The notes under the pieces were generated by a model that was given only the letters and a program-made list of their open reading frames with translations, did not search any database and had not been told where the DNA came from. A program made the position numbers and the translations under genes. Below, one piece after another: positions 17,258 to 24,861 of a stretch of DNA of 24,861 bases. The stretch spans positions 1-24,861 of the forward strand of contig JBIKWF010000061.1 in assembly GCA_044356455.1 (NCBI GenBank), read 5' to 3'. How positions within the stretch are numbered: position 1 is the first letter of the stretch; the number at the start of each line of letters is the position of its first letter. This DNA comes from Bdellovibrionota bacterium (GTDB taxonomy: Bacteria > Bdellovibrionota_C > UBA2361 > JBGSMV01).

Positions 17258-18679
17258 CTATCGTTTTGTTACCTTTTGACCCTGCGCTCCGTCTTTGACG
17301 AGATACCCAAGTTCCGAAATCTTATCTCGTAACTCGTCAGAGAGCTTAAAGTCCTTATTTTTTCGCGCCGCTTCTCGCTCTGTGAGAAGCGCCTGGATCT
17401 CCGCGGGGACCTCGGAGGATGCGGCTTGCCACTTCTCCATTCCAAAGCCAAGGACCTGGTCAAACGTAAGCAGGAGAGAAAGTTTCTCCCCGTCGCTTAG
17501 GTTCTTTTCGCTCACAGCTTCCCAAACCACTGACATTGATAACGGCATTTTTAAGTCGTCACATATCGCGCTCGTGAATCGCTCTAAAAGTTGCCGGGCG
17601 GTTTCGCTTGAGATTGCGGGAAGCGAAGATGATCCGAGCGATGCTTTTAATGCAAGCACGGAGTTCTTGAGCCTCTCAAAGCCATTCTTCGCATTCTCCA
17701 GGATTTCCCACGTAAAATTGAGCTGAGCTCGGTAGTGCGAATTGAGGCATAAGAATCGGTAGACGAGAGGATCGAGCCCACGCTCAAGGACATCATCAAG
17801 GATGATGAACTTTCCTTTGCTCTTCGACATCTTCTCCGCGTTTACCATGATAAACTCGGAGTGCATCCAGACCTTCACCCAAGGTTTTCCCGTGCACGCT
17901 TCTGACTGCGCTATCTCATTGGTGTGGTGAACGGGGATGTGGTCAATGCCGCCGCAATGGATGTCGAATTCTTCGCCGAGATACTTTATCGACATCGCGG
18001 AGCACTCAATGTGCCACCCAGGGTAGCCTCGTCCCCAAGGAGAGTCCCACTGCAGTTCTTGATTCTCAAACTTTGACTTGGTGAACCAGAGAACAAAGTC
18101 TGATGGGTTGCGTTTGTTGTCGTCGACCGCGACGCGTGCACCAGCTTTAAGCTTTTCGAGGTTAAGCCGAGCGAGAAAGCCGTAGTTGGCGCTCTTGGAG
18201 GTGTCGAAATAGACGTTTCCGCCCGAGGTGTAGGTAAAGCCTTTGGCTTCCATTTTGGAGATAAGGTCTATCATCTCCTTAATGTGCTGTGTGGCGTTGC
18301 AGACAACGTCGGGGCGTCTTAGTCCAAGCTTGTCCCAATCTTCGAAGAAAATCCGCGTGTAGTACTCGGCAATCTCTTCGGACTTCTTGCGCTCACGGCG
18401 CATGGCAACCGCCATCTTGTCCTCGCCCTCGTCTCCGTCTCCTACGAGGTGGCCAACATCCGTGATGTTCATGACGTGATTCACGGAGTAGCCGGCAAAA
18501 CGCAAGGCTCGGACGAGAACGTCCTCAAAGAGGAAGGTCTTAAAATTGCCGATGTGCTGGTAGTCGTACACCGTGGGGCCGCAGCAGTAGATACCAATGT
18601 GTCCGGGTTTGAGCGGCTTCAGCGCTTCAAGGCTGCGGGTCCAGGTATTGTAAACAACAAATTCACGGGGGGAAGTCAT
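17258..18679 (-). CDS. cysS: Cysteine--tRNA ligase
   Basis: [40 protein letters not shown] and KMSKS motifs. Confidence 0.98.
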   Translation of the reverse strand: MTSPREFVVYNTWTRSLEALKPLKPGHIGIYCCGPTVYDYQHIGNFKTFLFEDVLVRALRFAGYSVNHVMNITDVGHLVGDGDEGEDKMAVAMRRERKKSEEIAEYYTRIFFEDWDKLGLRRPDVVCNATQHIKEMIDLISKMEAKGFTYTSGGNVYFDTSKSANYGFLARLNLEKLKAGARVAVDDNKRNPSDFVLWFTKSKFENQELQWDSPWGRGYPGWHIECSAMSIKYLGEEFDIHCGGIDHIPVHHTNEIAQSEACTGKPWVKVWMHSEFIMVNAEKMSKSKGKFIILDDVLERGLDPLVYRFLCLNSHYRAQLNFTWEILENAKNGFERLKNSVLALKASLGSSSLPAISSETARQLLERFTSAICDDLKMPLSMSVVWEAVSEKNLSDGEKLSLLLTFDQVLGFGMEKWQAASSEVPAEIQALLTEREAARKNKDFKLSDELRDKISELGYLVKDGAQGQKVTKR

Positions 18680-18818
18680 ACGGAATCACCAGTAAAAACA
18701 GTGCCTACGGTCTGATTTTTGCCGAGTTTAGCCTGGTTTTGGAGTGTAATCCAAGCATTGTTGGGCAAGAGAGGTGAGGGGTCTTCCCCGCCACCCAGAA
18801 GGACTGAATCTCTAAGAC

Positions 18819-20327
18819 CTACTTGAAATAGTCTTGTAAGATCTGCCGTCCAATATTGGAGGCGCGGCTCGATATGCCGCTTGGGTGGACGACCACCACG
18901 GCGACGGCAATCTCTGGGTTTTCGATCGGAGCCGTCGCGATAAACCAATTGTTTATGCCTTCAGGGTTGTCTCCCCGAAGGGTTCCCGTTTTTGCCGCAA
19001 CATCGATATTTCCAAGTATGGGGCGATTTTTTGAAACAAACTCGCGCCGAGAGGTGCCTATCGTTGTTGTGTACTCCATCATTTGAAGGAGCTTGGAGGC
19101 TGTTTCGGACTTTACGAGGCGGCGTAATGCGGCTGGCTGCGCCTTATAGAGGACCTCGCCCTTAGGCGAGACAATTCGATCTACCAGGTAAGGTTTGGGG
19201 AGAATTCCTTTATTGGCAATGCCGGACATGACGGTTGCAGCGTGAATAGGACTTAGGGAGACGGCACCAAAACCCGCGGCGGTTCGACTTACCTCGTAAG
19301 GACCGTTGGGGATAGAAGCTTGGCTTAGTGCAAGGGGGAGCTCAAAAGGTAGGGCTTCGTTAAACCCAAACTGCTCGGCATAACTTCGAATGACTTCTGG
19401 ACTTAAGTATTTAAGCGCGATTCTGCCAAATACGGGGTTGCAGGATCTTCCTAGCGCTTCTGCCAGGGACATAGAACGGCGGTCTTTCTTTCTGTCTGGG
19501 AGATAATTGTACTCGTTGAGAGTGTACGTTCCGCCTCTGAAAGGAACCGTGGTGTAAGGAGATACCGCGGCTTGTTCTACGGCTGCCGCGGCGGTCACGA
19601 CCTTAAAGAGTGATGCTGCGGGAAACCCGGCGTAGAGGGCAAGATTTCGAATTGAGGGCGATTTGTCAGCAAGCGCTAGAATTCTTCCGGTTCTCGGGTC
19701 CATTACCACGACAGCCACGTTCGGGGAGTTCGATTCTTTAACGAGCCTTTCGGTGAGATCTTGGAGCTTGGGTTGGAGGGTGAAGAAAATATACTCGTTA
19801 TTAGGGGTAACGGCGGCAACTCTGTTGAGGAGGATGCTGTTGAGTTGAGGGATGTTTAGGAGCGAGACGTTGTTTTCGTTTCTTCTTAGAGAGACCACTT
19901 CGAGGGCATCTATTTGTGCCCGAATTGAATACGCAGGCGTCTGCTGGTCTATGCGGGGATAGGCGGCGCGGCTTTCTGCGGTACTGCTTGTCTTTGATTT
20001 TTGCGCTGAAGTAAGTGCTGCGCTCTTTTTTGGATACGCAAGGCGAGCCTTTGCGGAGTTGCTAATCGGAGCGGCTTTCTTCTGCGTGGTTTTTTTTTGT
20101 GGTGCTGCTACCGGGGCCTTCTTGGTGGTGGGCTTTTTTGCTTTGCTGGGCGCCGCCGGGCTCTTTTTCACCGCAACCTTTCCGCGTCTATCGGTAGTTG
20201 CCGTACTCGACTTGTCCGCGAAAGCCTCGGCTGGGAGCAGGCAGCTGGCAAATCCCAAGAAAAGACACCCAACAAGAGCAGCTTCAAGTCCTAAGAGTAG
20301 CCATTCTTTAGGGGAAGTTAGGCGCAT
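18819..20327 (-). CDS. Penicillin-binding protein (transpeptidase domain) with N-terminal signal/TM segment and K/A/T-rich linker
   Basis: SxxK (ASLFK), SxN (SCN) and KTG (KTGT) motifs; VVMDPRTGRILA. Confidence 0.88.
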   Translation of the reverse strand: MRLTSPKEWLLLGLEAALVGCLFLGFASCLLPAEAFADKSSTATTDRRGKVAVKKSPAAPSKAKKPTTKKAPVAAPQKKTTQKKAAPISNSAKARLAYPKKSAALTSAQKSKTSSTAESRAAYPRIDQQTPAYSIRAQIDALEVVSLRRNENNVSLLNIPQLNSILLNRVAAVTPNNEYIFFTLQPKLQDLTERLVKESNSPNVAVVVMDPRTGRILALADKSPSIRNLALYAGFPAASLFKVVTAAAAVEQAAVSPYTTVPFRGGTYTLNEYNYLPDRKKDRRSMSLAEALGRSCNPVFGRIALKYLSPEVIRSYAEQFGFNEALPFELPLALSQASIPNGPYEVSRTAAGFGAVSLSPIHAATVMSGIANKGILPKPYLVDRIVSPKGEVLYKAQPAALRRLVKSETASKLLQMMEYTTTIGTSRREFVSKNRPILGNIDVAAKTGTLRGDNPEGINNWFIATAPIENPEIAVAVVVVHPSGISSRASNIGRQILQDYFK

Positions 20328-20413
20328 AGCAGCCGACGGGTCTTTTAAACAACAAGAGGGGCTAAAAACTACAATCAGGCACCCTTTAAAGTAGATGCTA
20401 TTCGCTCTTAAGA

Positions 20414-20700
20414 TGCGGGAAATCCGGAAAGGGATAGTCCTACGCAGTCTAAACTTTATATCTCGCGGGATCCCTTCGGGTCCGCGAGATTACCGTTGAA
20501 AATCGGCCATCCGGGCCGATTTCCAACATCGCCCCCCCTCCGTTCGCCACGACAGAGTGTCGAACTGCGAGGGGGCTCCGTCGCGTCCCTACGCGCCAAC
20601 AGCGCGACGCTCCCGATGGTCGCGATTTGCTAACGCCATCCGGGCGTTAGTTAGCCGGCATTGCTCACAGCCCGGACAGGCTGTGAGCAATGCCGGCTAA
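20414..20700. repeat. Array of about seven adjacent hairpins (REP/MITE-like mosaic or structured RNA)
   Basis: Stems at 20414-20446, 20460-20490, 20495-20527, 20531-20576, 20579-20609, 20630-20650, and a perfect 22-bp stem at 20651-20700. Confidence 0.7.
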
Positions 20701-21017
20701 GTTCTACAAGCCTCCAAGTTACCAGCCTTGTTTAGGAGCGCCAATATTCAAAATGGCAGTTCTTGTGGGTGAGGGAAATGCTGATTGGAAAGTAATTTGT
20801 GGAAATTTATCCCGCCTACCAGTATCTTAGGTAAGTGGGTACAAGGGACCTGGATGCAGAGGGCCGTTTTGACCCTTTCTGCGCTGGCTGGACCTCAATT
20901 CTGTACTTCGGGCTTGGGTTTGCCTTTCCTAGTCCTCTCGAGGAGTAGTCCCCTCGAGGGTATTGGATAGGGTGGTTCTTTTAAACGATCTTTTGTTTTT
21001 CCGAGAGGTATCGCGCT

Positions 21018-21779
21018 GTGTCTTTTTGGAAGAAAAAGTCAGAAAACGAAGAGTCTCCTGAATTAGCGGGGATAGAATCTCCGTCCTCGACGAGCGCGCC
21101 GGTGGGCGCTTCGAGTAGCGGACCCTCGGCGGTGGCTGTGAAGCCTTCTTTAGGAGGGGGCTCTGCCACAGTGGCTCCCGCAATACTCCCTGGCGGTGGT
21201 CTCAAACCCGAGGATGTACTGACGGAGCGCTTTGGTAAGGCTCGCTCAGCTCTTGGCGAAGGCACGGTCATCCAGGGGAAGCTCAGCTTTGATACCCCGG
21301 TGCGCATCGACGGTAAGCTAAGTGGTGAGATATTCTCCTCAAAGGTGCTCATTGTAGGGCCGTCTGGTCATATTGATGCTTCAATTGAAGCAGCTTCTCT
21401 TGTCATTCTGGGCTCGGTTAAGGGGACCATCTCTGCAAGTGAGAGGGTGGAGCTCTGGTCTGGCGCCTCTCTAGAGGGGGTTGTGACTACTCCCGTGCTC
21501 GTCATCCAGGATGGAAGCAGTTTCATTGGCACGAGCCATATGCTCGCTTCTCAGGCTGGTTATGCGGCAGAGCCGCAGGGGCAGCCATCGCGAAAGGGGG
21601 TCGGGGCCGACTCTCAATCTAAAAACTCTGCGCCCATTCAAGCGAAATCTGAGGCCGTAAAGCCTGAAAGTGCGAAGTCCGAATCTGTTTCAAATGCTAA
21701 TTCTGCTTCGCCCGCTAATTCTGCCTCGCCTAGTAAGGGAATCGGCGCGGAAGCCAAGAAGGACGCACACGTTCATTAG
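21018..21779 (+). CDS. Bactofilin (polymer-forming cytoskeletal protein, DUF583) with disordered tails
   Basis: Beta-helix repeats SALGEGTVIQGKLSF..VRIDGKLSGEI..LIVGPSGHI..VILGSVKGTI..VELWSGASLEG; N-terminus MSFWKKK. Confidence 0.9.
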   Translation: MSFWKKKSENEESPELAGIESPSSTSAPVGASSSGPSAVAVKPSLGGGSATVAPAILPGGGLKPEDVLTERFGKARSALGEGTVIQGKLSFDTPVRIDGKLSGEIFSSKVLIVGPSGHIDASIEAASLVILGSVKGTISASERVELWSGASLEGVVTTPVLVIQDGSSFIGTSHMLASQAGYAAEPQGQPSRKGVGADSQSKNSAPIQAKSEAVKPESAKSESVSNANSASPANSASPSKGIGAEAKKDAHVH

Positions 21780-21818
21780 CGTGCTCTCGTACTCCCAAGT
21801 ACAAGTAATAGGGGGCGT

Positions 21819-21869
21819 AAAAAGAGAAAGGGCGAAGGGATTTTAGAATCCACTTCGCCCTTTCTTTTT
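21819..21869. terminator. Bidirectional intrinsic terminator between convergent bactofilin and rplS
   Basis: AAAAAGAGAAAGGGCGAAG-GGATT-TTAG-AATCC-A-CTTCGCCCTTTCTTTTT: GC stem with A- and T-rich flanks. Confidence 0.8.
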
Positions 21870-21925
21870 GATGCCTAAAGGTAATTCTTGAGGAGAATTA
21901 CTCAAGCGCCTAAGCACTTAAGCCC

Positions 21926-22438
21926 CTAGGCAGTAGCCTGTTCTTCCTTAGCGGCTACCGTTGTAGCTGCTGAGCTTGAGGCTCCCGTGTTGAGGGAGGC
22001 TGCAGCTGCGTCCGCATCGTAGCGGCTCTTAATACGTCCAGCCTTACCCTTCATGCCACGGAGATAATAAAGCTTCGCACGACGAACGTCGCCGCGTGTG
22101 ATTACTTCAATTTTCTCGATGCGGGGGCTATGGACGAAGAACTTACGTTCAACGCCGATGTTGTAAGATATCTTGCGAACCGTAAAGGTAGCGGAAGCGC
22201 CCTTGGTGCCTTGTCTTTCGATGCACACGCCTTCAAATATTTGAACGCGCTCTTTGTTCCCTTCTACAATCTTGGCGTGAATGCGAAGAGAGTCGCCTGG
22301 GCGAAAATCAGGAATGCTGCCAGTGCGAAGCTGGGCATTTTGAATGGACGCCAGAAGATCCGCACGAGCACGGCGAGTCATAGGCTTTGGAAGCTGAGCT
22401 TCATTCGAAGGGGTAGTTGTGGTGTTTTCAGAGGTCAT
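21926..22438 (-). CDS. rplS: 50S ribosomal protein L19 with N- and C-terminal extensions
   Basis: [37 protein letters not shown] and [12 protein letters not shown] motifs. Confidence 0.97.
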   Translation of the reverse strand: MTSENTTTTPSNEAQLPKPMTRRARADLLASIQNAQLRTGSIPDFRPGDSLRIHAKIVEGNKERVQIFEGVCIERQGTKGASATFTVRKISYNIGVERKFFVHSPRIEKIEVITRGDVRRAKLYYLRGMKGKAGRIKSRYDADAAAASLNTGASSSAATTVAAKEEQATA

Positions 22439-22550
22439 CGGAGGTCGCTCCCAGTACTAAAACTAAACGGCACTAAATCTACAAACAGCACCAAAACGTA
22501 AAATCGGTGCTAATGCTCAAAATCGGTATTTCTACCCTTGAAGGCCCCGT

Positions 22551-22578
22551 ATACTATCAGATGAAGTGCGGGAAACAA
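22551..22578 (-). promoter_or_regulatory. Putative sigma70 promoter of rplS
   Basis: Minus strand TTGTTT-N16-TAGTAT, with TG at the extended -10 position. Confidence 0.35.
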
Positions 22579-22659
22579 GCCTTGGGCCAAGTATTGTGGC
22601 CCAGGAGTAGATGCGCGTCATTCGGCGCTATGGTGCTGAAATTTAATTGTTTTTAATTC

Positions 22660-22995
22660 ATGAAGAAGTTGCAGATTCGCAAAAAGTCCGCCCCTAAGAA
22701 AGTGGCCGCCGTGGTCGAAGACTCCAAAAAAGAGAGTCAGATCAAGCTGTTGGTCGCAGCTCTCGCAACCAAGGGTTACACCATTCGACGCGAGAAGCTC
22801 AAGCAGGGGCATGGCTGGAAGACCGTGAGCGGTGCATGCCGCCTGAGCGGTGACCGAATTTTGTTCGTTGATAGAAAGATGCCTCTCGATGAGCAGCTTC
22901 TATTTTTGACCTCTATTGCCTCCCAATTAAACCTTAGCGCGGCTTCGGGTGAGGGGCAGGTGGCTGGTTCTTCGCCAGTGGCTCAGCAGGGTTAG
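22660..22995 (+). CDS. Hypothetical basic protein
   Basis: 111-aa ORF with a globular-looking core (GYTIRREKLK..GACRLSGDRILFVDRKM); fills the gap divergent from rplS. Confidence 0.65.
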   Translation: MKKLQIRKKSAPKKVAAVVEDSKKESQIKLLVAALATKGYTIRREKLKQGHGWKTVSGACRLSGDRILFVDRKMPLDEQLLFLTSIASQLNLSAASGEGQVAGSSPVAQQG

Positions 22996-23091
22996 GTTCG
23001 GGTTTTTCCCTTATTCTAAAGCCCTGCGCCGTGGGCACCTACGAACGGTTCATTAATTCTTTAAGTCTGGTGCGGTAAATCGTGCAGGGGG

Positions 23092-23177
23092 GAGAGATCT
23101 TGCGGCACGCTGGGGGCAGCGCGCCCTACCCATTCACGTGGCATCGCGGTAGGCGCCGCGGTGCTGCAAGATTTCTC
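23092..23177. repeat. Inverted pair of GTAG-type REPs (REPIN-like long hairpin)
   Basis: Copy 3 TTGC-GGCACGCTG-GGGG-CAGCGCGCC-CTACC (23100-23130) and a degenerate inverted copy GGTAGGCGCCGCGGTGCTGCAA (23148-23169). Outer arms GAGAGATCTTGCGGCAC / GTGCTGCAAGATTTCTC. Confidence 0.7.
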
Positions 23178-23270
23178 GCTTTAGCACGTGAAAGCTTTGG
23201 GCAGCTTGCTGATGGTCTTTGATTCGGCGCGTCCTGCCGAGTGGGGGGCGATCTCCGTTTTGTCGCTGCT

Positions 23271-23279
23271 TGTGGATAA
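23271..23279 (-). promoter_or_regulatory. Single consensus DnaA box (TTATCCACA)
   Basis: TGTGGATAA on the plus strand in the intergenic region upstream of mreB. Confidence 0.35.
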
Positions 23280-23457
23280 CTTAATTTATCGATTCCTCTG
23301 CCATTCTTAGTTTCAGTGAGTTAAACTAATAATGGTTGTTCTCGGCGCTGGGCGTGGTAAGTGAACTACACTTACTATGACTATGATTTTGCAGACGATG
23401 ATTCGTAGTGAGTCCCGGGGGCTCGTCCCGAGATGCCATTTTCTATTTTATTCCTGA

Positions 23458-24516
<1,059 letters not shown>

Positions 24517-24684
24517 TCCTTCAGAGGCTCTGCCCTTCGTATTGTGGAAGAGTAGGGGCGGGTTCAGTGTCGGGAGTTCCGTTGCCGTTAGCTGCGAATA
24601 TTCGTGCGAATGGCGGCAGTGTTATGAGACGGGGTGCAATGAGCAGGAGAGCGAAGAGCTCCAGTGCAAAGGGACAATTCTCGC

Positions 24685-24861
24685 ATGGCCGTTGTTGAAA
24701 ATCGCTCTAAACTCTTGCTGTGGTCTTTTTTCTTTTTTGCAACTGCGCTTGCCTTGTCAGCCTACAGCGCGCGTAACCCTTGGGTTGCAAAAATTGGTGT
24801 GAATCTTGTTGGTGAAGTTCTGCGCCCCCTTGAGTTTCTGGTAGTCGGAGGCTCGGAGAAT
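24685..24861 (+). CDS. mreC: Probable rod shape-determining protein MreC, 5' part only
   Basis: Manual translation MAVVENRSKLLLWSFFFFATALALSAYSARNPWVAKIGVNLVGEVLRPLEFL: a TM helix followed by ..P.. and position directly after mreB. The call rests mostly on synteny. Confidence 0.6.
   Translation, partial: MAVVENRSKLLLWSFFFFATALALSAYSARNPWVAKIGVNLVGEVLRPLEFLVVGGSEN

Noticed and set aside
20414..20455. c-di-GMP-I riboswitch or SRP RNA (GGGAAATCCGGAAAGGGA..ACGCA..TCTAAA)
   Set aside because: Only superficial similarity. The GGCAAA/GACGCAAA junction and second stem of the riboswitch, and the SRP CAGG/AGCA internal loop, are not present.
24542..24802. 86-aa Cys-rich ORF
   Set aside because: It spans a hairpin-rich spacer and overlaps the more plausible mreC frame starting at 24685.

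Overview
Bacterial chromosomal segment, probably from a deltaproteobacteria-like or Bdellovibrionota-like diderm (judged only from gene content and protein style, low confidence). Positions 1-11.2 kb hold a surface-glycosylation cluster: three GT4, two GT2 (one GtrB/ArnC-like polyprenyl-phosphate transferase) and four multi-TM GT-C-like proteins. The first ~3.3 kb looks more AT-rich than the rest. Positions 11.2-17.2 kb are an accessory stretch with two COG1373-type AAA+ ATPases, an Rsm22/METTL17-like methyltransferase, a heptose adenylyltransferase-GmhB fusion, and a two-gene cassette (nucleotidyltransferase plus small acidic protein) bracketed by direct copies of a GTAG-type REP hairpin. Positions 17.2-24.9 kb are housekeeping and cell-shape genes: cysS, a transpeptidase-only PBP, bactofilin, a stand-alone rplS, mreB and the start of a probable mreC. 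The most interesting signals are the REP-flanked putative toxin-antitoxin cassette, a perfect 21-bp inverted repeat over the predicted promoter of one AAA ATPase, and a ~290-bp hairpin array with a recurring GCC-ATCCG-GGC loop. All calls are by eye; no searches were run.
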